Of a DNA stretch of 43,787 nt, positions 1 through 11,100 are shown one piece after another (position 1 is the first letter of the stretch; each line of letters begins with the position of its first letter). Source of the stretch: a virus (Duplodnaviria > Caudoviricetes); IMG/VR virus record IMGVR_UViG_3300032216_000777, positions 1 through 43,787 of that record, one strand, 5' to 3'. A program made the position numbers and the translations under genes. Under the pieces are notes generated by a model. That model worked only from the letters and a program-made list of their open reading frames with translations. It did not search any database and was not told the origin of the DNA.

Positions 1-123
1 AAGGTCTAAGAGAAGAACCTGAGAAGCGAACTCGCGCGAGACAGACTCGCGACCTGATAGAGTTTCACAAACAAAGAAATACACAAACTAACCAATAACC
101 TCACAATGAGGCTGAAGGGAGAG
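1..123. repeat. Terminal direct repeat, copy 1 (123 bp, identical to 43665-43787)
   Basis: AAGGTCTAAGAGAAG...GCTGAAGGGAGAG occurs at both ends of the window; probably an assembly circularisation overlap. Confidence 0.95.
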
Positions 124-125
124 GT

Positions 126-533
126 ATGCCTACCGTCACTGAAGATTTCCAGCTGACCGACGAACTTCGAGAATGGTTTGTCGGCAACGGATTCCAGATC
201 AACCTCATCGCCAGGACTCAGGCTTTCATCCAGCACTATGAGAAGAAGGACTTCCGCCTTACTCGCGCAGAATCTTGGGTTCCACTCTGGAAGCGATGGA
301 TTGAGGCCGACGCGAAGAACCCGAAGTTCATCATCCAGCCGAAGCCGCCGAAGGTGATACGCCCCGGCAGCCTTGACGATGTAGACTACGGACAACCAAT
401 AGCAATGCCAGAAGAACTCCGGCGACTAATCAGACGAGGAAGAAATGTCCCACACAACAGCCCCAGCAGTCTCAGCAACGAAGTCGGGGAAAGTGAAGTT
501 TGTCTACCCAGTAGTGAAGGTGCTGCGGTCTGA
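126..533 (+). CDS. Putative replication protein, DnaT-like domain
   Basis: Pattern EDFQLTDELREW...AFIQHY...SWVPLWKRWI resembles the C-terminal domain of phage replication initiators; SD GGGAGAGG upstream; in-frame TAA at 96-98 fixes the start. Confidence 0.5.
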   Translation: MPTVTEDFQLTDELREWFVGNGFQINLIARTQAFIQHYEKKDFRLTRAESWVPLWKRWIEADAKNPKFIIQPKPPKVIRPGSLDDVDYGQPIAMPEELRRLIRRGRNVPHNSPSSLSNEVGESEVCLPSSEGAAV

Positions 534-675
534 CGGTAAGACTGACGAGCACTACGACACCGGCTTCACGCTCAACGACGGTGCCTGTATCATTTTTGAT
601 GAGGACTCTATTTGGGGTCACGTTTACGCTCAGGGCGAGTGGAAGCAGGTCTACGGTGACTGGAACGAAGAATGA
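445..675 (+). CDS. Hypothetical protein
   Basis: 76-aa ORF, GAGGA upstream, ATGA overlap with next gene; overlaps 3' end of previous ORF. Confidence 0.55.
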   Translation: MSHTTAPAVSATKSGKVKFVYPVVKVLRSDGKTDEHYDTGFTLNDGACIIFDEDSIWGHVYAQGEWKQVYGDWNEE

Positions 676-932
676 CGCACTACAAGACAAGCTTGCTCAG
701 ATTGCTGGTGCCTGCGGCTGTTGGCATGGCGACTGGATTGCTTTCGACTGTGAAGGCACACAACCCGCAACTCGCCGCAGTTCTTTCGCCGACAGTGTCT
801 TATGGCTACTACGCGCTGGTCGGCTGGCTAGAGAAATCGCATCCTGCTGCCTCACGCTTGCTCGTTTGTGCGCGGAACACCGCCCTTGCACCTGCAAGCG
901 ATCCTACCGCTGCGCCTGCAAATAAGGGCTAA
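672..932 (+). CDS. Putative holin / small membrane protein
   Basis: Two hydrophobic segments; SLLRLLVPAAVG...YYALVGWLE...P...RLL pattern resembles actinophage holin-like proteins; TAATG-coupled to terminase. Confidence 0.55.
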   Translation: MTHYKTSLLRLLVPAAVGMATGLLSTVKAHNPQLAAVLSPTVSYGYYALVGWLEKSHPAASRLLVCARNTALAPASDPTAAPANKG

Positions 933-2845
933 TGGCGCTAGACCCAAAAATTAAATCCGCCATCGTCAAGATGATGTCGGAGGGCTACTCCTACCGAGCC
1001 ATTGCCAAGAAACTCAATGTCTCACTCAGTAGCGTTCAACGAGTCATCAACGACAGTCGCAACAAAACGACCAAAGATGCCTCAGGGATAACTAATCCCA
1101 TTGAGCGCAAGAGGGTAGAAGAACTCCAAGGCCCGATTGACCTTGATAAACTATCCGAGGAAGCGGCCCAAGCCCTAGAAGACTTCACTTACTTTCAGAG
1201 GCGGTACTTCGGGCGGGTCGCTACCCCATGGCAGGCAGAAGCAGCAAACCGAGTAGCCGCTGCCCTTGAGTCTGATGAGGAAGAATACTTTGTCGTCAAC
1301 TGCCCACCTGGTACTGGTAAGACCACGGTGTTCACCCACGACATTCCCATCTGGCTCACCTGCCGTAATCGAGCCATCCGTGGATTGATCGGCGCAGCAA
1401 ACCAAAGAGCTGCACAGACGCACGTTAACCGCATCAAGAGAACCCTGATGCGAACTACCCCAGAACTCGCACCACTCATTGACAAACGCCGGGGACTTGC
1501 CTTTGATGCCGAGTCCACAGTGGCGATTGACTTTGGCCGCTTCCAACCGCTTGACCGAGAAGTGTGGAACCGAGATGCTCTAATCGTGATGCAGCATGGC
1601 GACATGGGCTCCATCTCCGAAAAGGAACCAACGTGGTCTGCGTATGGTGAGGACTCCGGCTTTCTTGGACAACGCTTTAACTTTGTGGTGTGGGACGACC
1701 TTGTTACCCCAAAATCCATCGCCACCATTGAGGCGCGAGAAAAGCAACAGATTCACTGGTCAACGATTGCCGAGACTCGACTAGAGCCAGGCGGACTCCT
1801 GCTACTCCAAGGCCAGAGACTCAGCCCTGACGACCTCTACCGCTACGCCCTAGACCTGAAATCTGGTGAGTGGGACGACGATGACGTTGATTTTGACGAG
1901 CGTGGTGAGGAAATCATCCGTGACCGTGGCGACAAGAAGTACAAGCACATCATCTTCCGAGCGCACGATGAAGCCCGATGCGACGGAGATAACGGCAAGA
2001 CTCCAAACCACGACCCCAAGACTGCCAAGCCCTACCCTGAAGGTTGCCTCTTAGACCCCCGTAGATTGCCCTACAAGAAAATCAGGATGCTTGAGGGCAA
2101 CCCGATCAACAGTTACCGCACCGTCTACCAGCAAGAAGATGTAGACCCTGCCAACGTTCTTGTACAAAACGAGTGGATTTACGGTTCTGAGAAATATCCC
2201 GGCTGTCTGGATAAGGGCCGGGATTTTTGGGAACTCCCCGAAGGCGTATCACCTGATGGCCTCATCATCATGGCCTCGTGTGACCCTTCTCCATCTATGT
2301 ACTGGGCAGTAACCCTATGGGGGTATGACCCCATCACTGAGTACCGCTACCTGCTGGCGTTTCATCGAGGCAAGATGGAAGCCCCGCAGTTCTTGGACTT
2401 CAGCCAAGAAACGGGAGAATACACCGGGCTCATGGCAGATTGGCAGAACAAGTCCCGCCAAGTCGGGCTTGAGATTCAAACGTGGATTGTGGAAGTCAAC
2501 GCAGCTGCCAAGTTCCTGCTTCAGTACGACCACGTTCGCAAATGGCAGGCAAAGAATGGCGTGGACATTTTGCCCCACACAACAGGTAAGAATAAGTCTG
2601 ACCAAGAGTTTGGCGTACAAACCCTCGCTCCACACTACAGATACGGTAGAATTAGATTACCTGCATCTCCGCAGGCCAAGCAACGTGTCATGCCTCTGAT
2701 TGACGAGGTAACGAAATACCCCCATGGACGAACGGACGACTGCGTGATGGCTCAATGGTTCTTTGAGTGGAACCTCCCCGATGTTACCCCTAAAGGTATG
2801 TTCAACTCCGCACCGGCTTGGCGACCATCTTGGGTGAAGGCATGA
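932..2845 (+). CDS. terL: Terminase large subunit with N-terminal helix-turn-helix
   Basis: Walker A NCPPGTGKTT, Walker B VVWDD, nuclease motifs SCDPS and DDCVMA; N-terminal GYSYRAIAKKLNVSLSSVQRVI HTH. Confidence 0.92.
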   Translation: MALDPKIKSAIVKMMSEGYSYRAIAKKLNVSLSSVQRVINDSRNKTTKDASGITNPIERKRVEELQGPIDLDKLSEEAAQALEDFTYFQRRYFGRVATPWQAEAANRVAAALESDEEEYFVVNCPPGTGKTTVFTHDIPIWLTCRNRAIRGLIGAANQRAAQTHVNRIKRTLMRTTPELAPLIDKRRGLAFDAESTVAIDFGRFQPLDREVWNRDALIVMQHGDMGSISEKEPTWSAYGEDSGFLGQRFNFVVWDDLVTPKSIATIEAREKQQIHWSTIAETRLEPGGLLLLQGQRLSPDDLYRYALDLKSGEWDDDDVDFDERGEEIIRDRGDKKYKHIIFRAHDEARCDGDNGKTPNHDPKTAKPYPEGCLLDPRRLPYKKIRMLEGNPINSYRTVYQQEDVDPANVLVQNEWIYGSEKYPGCLDKGRDFWELPEGVSPDGLIIMASCDPSPSMYWAVTLWGYDPITEYRYLLAFHRGKMEAPQFLDFSQETGEYTGLMADWQNKSRQVGLEIQTWIVEVNAAAKFLLQYDHVRKWQAKNGVDILPHTTGKNKSDQEFGVQTLAPHYRYGRIRLPASPQAKQRVMPLIDEVTKYPHGRTDDCVMAQWFFEWNLPDVTPKGMFNSAPAWRPSWVKA

Positions 2846-4725
2846 TCGAGCCAGAGCAGATTGTCCAGATGTTCCAGGAGCGTAAAGTCTCCCGTGGACG
2901 TTGGTGGGAGAAGGCCGATGAAGTCCGTCGCCATTACAACGGCGAAATCATGGTTCCCCTGCCGGAACTTGACGACATTGAAAAGCCTGCCACCGCCAAC
3001 CTGCTTGCAATGGGTGTTGAGCAGTTCGCCATGCGTATCGCATCAGTCCAACCTGAGATTCAGTTCCCAAGCCTGAAGCCCGGGTTCAAGGGCTGGGACA
3101 CCAAAGCCCACGATTCTCGCATGGCGGTCAAGGGCTGGTGGCAAATGAACCAGTACAAGATCAAGATGCGCCGACGAGCACGATTCTTGGTTGCCTACGG
3201 TTGTGCGCCAGTCACCATCACCCCAGTTGCCCCTGATGGTCGTGACCCACGCAAGATTCCTTTTGTCCGAGTCCGCAACCCACTCTCGGCTTATCCTTCG
3301 CAACTCCTTGATGCCGACAGCCTTGAGCCTGCCAACTGCATCTTCCATGACCAGAAGCCTCTTGCATGGCTGAAGTCCACCTATCCGGCGCAAGCAAACC
3401 TGATTTACAAGGGCGAGAAGTTTAACGACACTACGCTCTTTGACATTCTGGAATACGTTGATGAAGATGAGACTGTCATCATCTGCGTGGGCAGCAGCCG
3501 TAACCCCGGCACTCGTTATGAGCCTGCTGGCGGAACAGCAAGCCTCGCCCTCCTAGAACGCATCCCGAACCGTGCTGGCATCTCGCCTGTCGTCTTTCCG
3601 GGTCGAGTAACTCTTGACCGTTTAGCGGGGCAGTTTGATGGCACGATTGGGATGCACCTTCGTGCGGCAAAACTTGATGCTCTCAACACCATTGCCATTT
3701 TCCGTGGAGTATTCCCTGAGCAATGGGTAGAAGGCAACAACGCTGCTCGTGCTCCGCAAATCCTTCAGTACGCTGATGGCAAACAAGGACAAGTCGGCAT
3801 TGTCAAAGATGGCCGAGTAAGCCAGATGCTCCCACAAGTCGGGCAAATGGGCATGCAGCTCCTTGACCAACTTGAGCGTAACCAACGTCTCTCCGCAGGC
3901 ATCCCAGCAGAGTTCGGTGGCGAGTCGCCAACCAACGTGCGAACTGCCCGTCGAGGCGAGATGGTCTTGGGCAACACGGTTGACATGCCAATTCAGGAGT
4001 ATCAGGAAATCTTTGAGATGTCGGCTGAGGCAGAAATCCGCCGAATGGTGGCCGTACAAAAGGCGTACTACGGCAAGAAGCCTTCTATGTTTGTCCTGCC
4101 CGGCGACGGCAAAGTTGTCCGAGAAGATTACGTTCCCGACGACACCTTTGCCACTGACCAAGCACGAGTGTTCTACCCACTCCCCGGCTCAGACGCAAAC
4201 GGCATCGCAGTCGCTATCGGCCAGAAAATCGGAATGGGCATCATGTCTACCGAAACTGGTATGGAATTGGACCCAACCATTGAAGATCCGCAGCGAGAGA
4301 AACACCGCATCATCATGGATGGACTTGAGAAAGCCCTCCTAGCGGGTATTGAGCAGCAACTCACGGCTGGTCAGATGGACCCTGTTATGGTTGCTAAGAT
4401 ACAGATGAAGTTGACCGACCCAGAAATGAGTCTGGCCGACGCAATCAACGCAGCGCACAAGGAGGCTCAGAATGAGCAAGCACAGCAAGCCCAAGCACAG
4501 CAAGCACAGGCTCAACAGGGACAGATGGGGATGGGCGCTCCTGGCGGTATGGCAGGTGCGGGAGGACCTCAAGGTATGCCTGCAAGTCCTGAAGGAATGC
4601 CGGGGATTAACCAAACTCCCCCACAAACCCCGTCGGACCAAGTCGAGCCCCAACCATCCATCGCACCCCCACCACAGGGAGCAATGGACTTGAAGTCACT
4701 TCTTGGTGCTCTCGGAGGTAGCTGA
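2842..4725 (+). CDS. Portal protein
   Basis: Directly after terminase (ATGA overlap, start 2842 preferred), about 627 aa, Q/P/G/M-rich disordered C-tail typical of podovirus portals. Confidence 0.8.
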   Translation: MIEPEQIVQMFQERKVSRGRWWEKADEVRRHYNGEIMVPLPELDDIEKPATANLLAMGVEQFAMRIASVQPEIQFPSLKPGFKGWDTKAHDSRMAVKGWWQMNQYKIKMRRRARFLVAYGCAPVTITPVAPDGRDPRKIPFVRVRNPLSAYPSQLLDADSLEPANCIFHDQKPLAWLKSTYPAQANLIYKGEKFNDTTLFDILEYVDEDETVIICVGSSRNPGTRYEPAGGTASLALLERIPNRAGISPVVFPGRVTLDRLAGQFDGTIGMHLRAAKLDALNTIAIFRGVFPEQWVEGNNAARAPQILQYADGKQGQVGIVKDGRVSQMLPQVGQMGMQLLDQLERNQRLSAGIPAEFGGESPTNVRTARRGEMVLGNTVDMPIQEYQEIFEMSAEAEIRRMVAVQKAYYGKKPSMFVLPGDGKVVREDYVPDDTFATDQARVFYPLPGSDANGIAVAIGQKIGMGIMSTETGMELDPTIEDPQREKHRIIMDGLEKALLAGIEQQLTAGQMDPVMVAKIQMKLTDPEMSLADAINAAHKEAQNEQAQQAQAQQAQAQQGQMGMGAPGGMAGAGGPQGMPASPEGMPGINQTPPQTPSDQVEPQPSIAPPPQGAMDLKSLLGALGGS

Positions 4726-5150
4726 TGCCTCGCAAGGCTCGCCCACAACGCACAGACCTCAACGCCACTAAGGTCACTGTCCCCGGACAGGACTACGGCA
4801 AGCAGGCTGAACAGCGTCGTGCTATGGCAGCAGTCCCAACGGTCAACATGCAGCAACAGTTGAACGCCATGGAAAAGGCAGCAGCACCCCTTGAAAAGCC
4901 CGGCATGGCAGCACCAGCAATGGCAGCGCCTACTCAGCAGGCACCAGTCACTACGTTAGACATGCCGACGACTTTGCCGGATCAACATTTGACTCACGGC
5001 CTTGCAGTTGGTCCCGGCCCCGGCCCTGAAGTCTCGCCGGTAACACCAGAATCCCAAATCGCAAACATCCTGCAAGCACTAGCAGATGGCCCCTTTGGAA
5101 CTGCGGACATCGCTAACCTTGCTGCCTACGCTAAGAACCAAGGGTACTAA
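4725..5150 (+). CDS. Hypothetical virion-associated protein
   Basis: TGATG-coupled to portal; PGQDYG and THGLAVGPGPGPE low-complexity motifs. Confidence 0.7.
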   Translation: MPRKARPQRTDLNATKVTVPGQDYGKQAEQRRAMAAVPTVNMQQQLNAMEKAAAPLEKPGMAAPAMAAPTQQAPVTTLDMPTTLPDQHLTHGLAVGPGPGPEVSPVTPESQIANILQALADGPFGTADIANLAAYAKNQGY

Positions 5151-8100
5151 TGGCAGATACCGGAGCAGTTGGCTTTCAGGGTGTACAAGGCCCTGCCACT
5201 ACGCCTACAGCGAAGCCGACTCGACAACCAAAGCCAGTCAAAGGCCCTGCGCCATTCCAAGGCCCAATTGGTCTATCTGACGTAATTGACCAGTCACCTG
5301 CTGATGGCTTTGCCCTTCCACCGACAACTCTGACGCACCCCAACGGTCACAACGTTCACGACCCGTATGCACTTGACCAGAACCTTGTACGGCCAGCAGG
5401 AACCACTGCCCCAATCTCGGCGGCACCATCGGCTCTTAACACTGGCTTTGCTCCAATGGACAGCCAGTTTGCTACTCCGTTTAACCAGCAAGGCATTAAA
5501 CCGCCTGAAGGCACAGCACCGACTGACCCTCGGTTTGGCGTAACTCAAGAACAAATTCAATCCATGCAGGCTACGCAACGAGCCATGCAAATTGTCAAAA
5601 TCGCCCCAAACCTTGGCAGGCATCCAGACATTGTGGCTGCACTTGCGTACAACACTGCAATCCCGTTTACGCCTGAGACAATCAAGCTTGTTGGCGCAAT
5701 TACCAAAGCTCGTTCAGCAATGAACTACGCCAAAGATTTCACCATGGAGGACTTCAACAAAACGGCTCGCATTGTTGAGCCACAAGCTTTTGCAACTAAT
5801 GGGTTTTGGGATCGTCTTGGCCAAGGTCTTGGAAAAGAAGCAGACATCATCAACAAACCGTTTACAATGGGGCCGGGTTGGGTTCAATTTGTCACGCAAC
5901 ATTTTGGTCCTCTTGCACCATATTACGACACAATGGATTCGCTCAAAATTGGTGGCAAAATTTTAAGTCCAGTTGGCGGAGCAATTGAGGCTTCTGTCAA
6001 ACCTAAAAAAGTTGAATTGCCTGATGGAATTACTGCTAAGGCATTACCCGAAGGTGGAGTTGAATACTTCAACGCTGAAGGCAAAAAACTGTCGCTCACC
6101 GAAGCCAATGATCTTGAAACCAAGATTGCAGGAAACCAACTTTCTCGTGCTACCTCAGGTGGCTCAGACATTGCAGCAGTTGCAGGTGCTCCTGGCAGCG
6201 TCGTCATCAATCCGCCAAAAATTATTAAAAGTGTTGGGCAATTTCTTGCCGACCAATTTGATACTCCCGAACACATGTACCGCTACATCGCTAGCGTTCA
6301 ACACAAGTACGGATTTGGTTATGCTGCCCTTGCATTAGCCCCAATGGTTCTTGGCGCAGTTGCCGGTACAGCACTTGGCGGTTTAGGTGGAGCAGAAGGC
6401 GCAGAACTTTCTGCTGCGGCAGAAGAAGCACTCATTAACCTTGTTGCTAGAGAAGGTTTGCCTGACCTTGCCGCAGCCAACTTGTCTGGGCAAGCACTCA
6501 ATGACGCAATGCAAATTGCAGAAACTGAAACTACTCGAATTGCCACAGCGCAATCAGCAGCAGGAACGGCAGAAAAGATTGCTACTCCATTTGCCAAAGC
6601 TGCAATGGCTATCCCTCGTGGCATTTCCAAGGTCGCTACGTCGCCTACAGCTCTTGGTGCAGACATTGGTTTTACCGCTGGTGGGCAAGGACTGTTCCGC
6701 CAAGAGTACATGGATTCACGAGATGGAACTGTTTGGGCAAAGAAAAACCCAAAACTTGCATCAACCCTTGGTCGTTGGGCTACCGAATGGATGCCAGAAG
6801 GCGGATGGAAAACCGGACTCTCAGGAGCCATTGACGCTGCCGCTATGGTTGCAGTTCCAGATGCTATCGGCGCTATTGGTCGAGTCGTAGGTATCGCCCG
6901 AAGCGCAGAAGGTTTTCGAGGCGGTATTCTTTCTGCTAAATACTCACCTGAAGAAACCGCCGCAAGACAAGAAGCAAGAGCTTTTAAATACCAAGAGCAA
7001 ATTAACGCTGCTTTTATTAACGGTACTCTTGACGAATTCCTTGCTAAAGAACTTGGCATCAAAGGAAAAATTAGAAGGTCGCCTGCATGGTTTGGAAATG
7101 TCTATGACAAACAAGTTGCTGGAAGAGCAGACAGGTATTACACAACAATAGGCGGAAAATACCGCACCGGCACCGCAATGACCAACATTGACCGGGCATA
7201 CAACGAAAGCCCCAGTGTCCGCAGCACTGTCAACTTAATTGCACAACTTGGTTCTGCCGACGCAATCATTAGCGTTGACCCACGCTTTGCCGCTTACGCA
7301 GACTTGCTTGCAGAGGCACGAGTCCTCAATGCTGATGGCACAGTCAACATGACTGACTCAGTGGAAAACGTCAAGCGAGTATTTCGTGACTCGCAAACTG
7401 CCGAAGCACTTATGGACACCAGCCGGGTAATGCCAATCGGCTACATCCCCTATGTCGGCGGTAAAGCACGAGGCAAGATTGCTTCAACCATTAAGATCGT
7501 TGACCCCAACGGGATTACCAGAGAACTCCCTGCCTACACCGACTTCAAGGAATTGAAGATTGAGAACCGCAAGTTTACGGCAGGAGACAGAAACTCACTC
7601 CCAGCCATCAGCAGTTGGATCACTTTTGCCTATGGCCGTGGAGTAGCAGAGCAAGTCGTTAACGAACTTGCTAAGACAACTGACCCGCAGGTTTGGGAAA
7701 ACGTCTTGGTCAACACCATGACCGAAGTTAATTACCAGATGCTTGTGGGCAAACTCGTTGAGTCAGATTTGCCACAGATTGTTATTGACGAAACCATCAA
7801 AGGCGTTAAGCAAACAGTCAGCAAGACCCTTCGAGAGATTTTTAACTTTGGTGGCCCTGGCTCTAAAGGCCACTACGGAATTGGCGTAAACGGCGGAACT
7901 CAAAAAACCATTACTGGCAAAGAGGCTTTTGGCGAGTATTACCAGCCAGTTGACTTGTCACGAGTTCAGTCGCACATTGAGGAAATAACACAAGATCTTT
8001 TAGATCACGCAATTCTGTCGCAAGCATCCAAGTATGGCATGACCAAAGAAGAGTTGGCCGCTACTGGTGAAACTCTCTACCACGGCACCGTTGCAGACTT

Positions 8101-11100
8101 TGAGGGGCCGTTTGATCCAACTAAAGCTGCTTCTGGTGATTGGCGCTCAGGTGCGGGCGCAAAAAATGGTGGATTTTATTTTAGCAAAGATCAAAAAATT
8201 GCAAAAGGTTTTGCAAAAAATCGTCGTGGTGCTACTGGGAAAGTTATCACGACAAAAGTGTATGGCAAAACTATTGACCTTGTTCCACCAAAAATTGTAA
8301 ATAGGTCTATTGACGGAGACTTCAAAATTGACCAAGCATGGTTTGATGGGTTGCCCAATCATGTCCAAAAATGGCTTGAAAAAAGATTTTTGACAGGCAA
8401 AAGAATTGACGTTTTGCGTGAACGCATGACTGATGCTCAAATTATTGCCGAAGAAATGCAAGGGTACGGTTTGCGATACGCACATGAAACCGATCCACAA
8501 TTTGCAAAACTGTTGCAAGAATCTGCTGATAAAGGCTACGGCAAAATCCGGGTTCCTGATAATCCTGATGTGACTGGCGGAGAATCCATCATTGCTCACC
8601 CAGATTTCATTGCTCACGAACGTAGTTCAATCCCCAACAACGTAATGAACCTTGAGCCGGGCAACCCACTGGTCGGGGCAAACCAACCGTTCACTAATGT
8701 TGAAGATGAAGCTGGTAATAGCATGGCAGCAGGTATTGTGCCAAGCGATGTTGGTAAGATGCTTCTTCCTTCGTATCAGCAAATGGATCGCATCAGCGAA
8801 GGTTTAGTTGAAATCCTGCGAGAACGTTTCAAGGATGTTGTTGACACCGCGCCAAAGATTGCTGAATTGGAAGGCAAGATTCTTGAATTGCAAATGTCGT
8901 TGCCAAACATTAGCGACCCTGCCAAACTTGCACAAGCTCAAAAAAACATTGCAAAAACAACTGCTCAACTAAACATTCAAAAACAAATTGCGGCATTGCC
9001 ACTAGATGCCAAAAAGTTTGATGAAACTTGGTTGCAACGAACTGCCTCAACAGTCGGCCCCGGTGCGTTGCACGACACAATTGATCATTATTACAATGGC
9101 CTTTGGTTTAAGAGCCTTGCTCTTCTTACAGGTGGTTGGGCAACTCGAACAGGTATGTCGGAAGCCGCCCTCAACATCATGCGTCAAGGGCCACTCAATT
9201 ATTCCGCCGCCAAACTTGCAGCATCAACCGCCCGGCAAGAACGAGCAGTTTTGCACATTGGCAAAAAGTTTACCCGTGAAGCGGCGCAAGACATTGCAGC
9301 TCGCATCTACCATGTCGTCAAGGAAAATGAAATGCTCCGCAATGGGCAGGTCTTTGAAAGCAACCTTGAAATGGAAGCGGCAGTTGCCAACGTGCATCGA
9401 GTAGCAAACGAAACCTTTACCAACTTGGCGCTGACCAAAGAAGAAATCATGAAGGCCGTTGCTGACGAAGAACGCAACATGCGTGGCTACACCATGGACA
9501 ATGCAGTTGCTCGTTATCGTGGAACAATGATCGGCCTGAAGCGAGCAGCAGTTAAGGGCTTGGGCAAAGACGAACTGCTTGATGCCGCAATCAAACTGAT
9601 GTACCTCAATGACGGACACATGGTTTCCCCAATGCTCAACGCCACCCACGCTGGTGTCGCACAAGACATGCAGGTAAGTGGAACTACCAGCGAAGAAATT
9701 GACGCTGCCACTTACGAGCGCCCATTAGTCGGCTCAAACCGTGGACTCCAAGAAGGACATCTGAGCCGCATCTATCACTCAGTAGCAGGAACTCGTGCAA
9801 GGTTCGCTAGCGACCTGTTCTATCGTTCACATCGAATGGTGGGCGATGAGGTCTACCATCAAACAATTCAGGCTTATGCCAAAGTGTACGAACAAGCCAA
9901 ATTGAAGTTTGTCAATCAAGCAGGAATGTCTGAGGAAGAAGCCAGCATCGCCGCTGCAAACGAAGCCTCAATGCAAATCTTCAACGAAACTAGAGACTTG
10001 CTAGACAACCTCCCAGCAGATGTTCGTGCAGCCCTAATTCGCACTCGTCGCCCACTTGCTAAAGACAATCCTCTTCGTGCAAGAAACAACCCTGATTACT
10101 ACAAGAACGGTGACAAAACTGACGAGTTCTTGCTGACCCCTGAGGAAGAAGCAAGCGTTGACCATGCCACGGCAGTTATCAAGTCAGCAGAAGGTACGTT
10201 CCGGTTCCTTGACGGAACTATCAACGAAAAACTGCTGAACGCTATTGCAGGCGACAAGTTGCCTGAGGACATTGGCCGTTTCAAAAAATTGTTTATGACC
10301 GATGCCAGCGGCAAGAAGATTGAAGAGCACAACTTCAACTCTGTCCCCGGCCCAGAACTTGATCATGCCAAATACAACGTTGTTGAAAAGGCGTTGAACG
10401 CAACCGTTGGCAAAGCATCAGGCTTTTTTCACCGAAAGGCACTTGGCCCAATCGTCAACCGTCTAACTCGTGACCCCATTTACATCGTGGACTTTGCGGC
10501 AGAACGCCGACTTCTAGAGCCAATGGTCAAAGACGGTCAGTTGACCCGTGACCAAGCAGACGTTCTCGCTCAATCTCGTGCCTCGGCTAACGCCATGCGT
10601 TACATTCACAACCCGAAGAACAAGCTCAAGTTTGAAAACATGATGCGAGCATGGGCTCCATTCTACTTTGCCGAAAACCAAGCATGGCGACGACTTGGCC
10701 GATTGGCGTTGACCAACCCCGGCGCAGCAGAGCAATACACCAAGTTGATGTACGCAGCCCAAGATGCCCTTTACCAGCGGGATCAAAACACCAACAACAT
10801 GAGTATCCCAATCCCGGGTACAACTTGGCTCAACAAATGGATTCTCACCCCAGTCATCAGCACTTTGTTAACGCTCAAAACATGGAAGTTTGAGCCAACC
10901 ATTGGGACTGACCAAGGGCTTGAGTTTAACCCAAGTTCTGCTCGAAGTTTGTTCCCATGGGTGACTGAAGGTGGCGGTAAGCCTGGTATTGGTTCACTTC
11001 TTTCATCATTTATACCTGCCTTTGGCCCATTCGTTACCATCCCCGCTGGCCTTTATGTCCAACGTGCAGCAGGAACTATTCCACTTGCTGATGAGTTTTT

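Noticed and set aside
1-123. Biological terminal repeat
   Set aside because: Length and exact identity fit an assembler overlap; cannot be distinguished without reads
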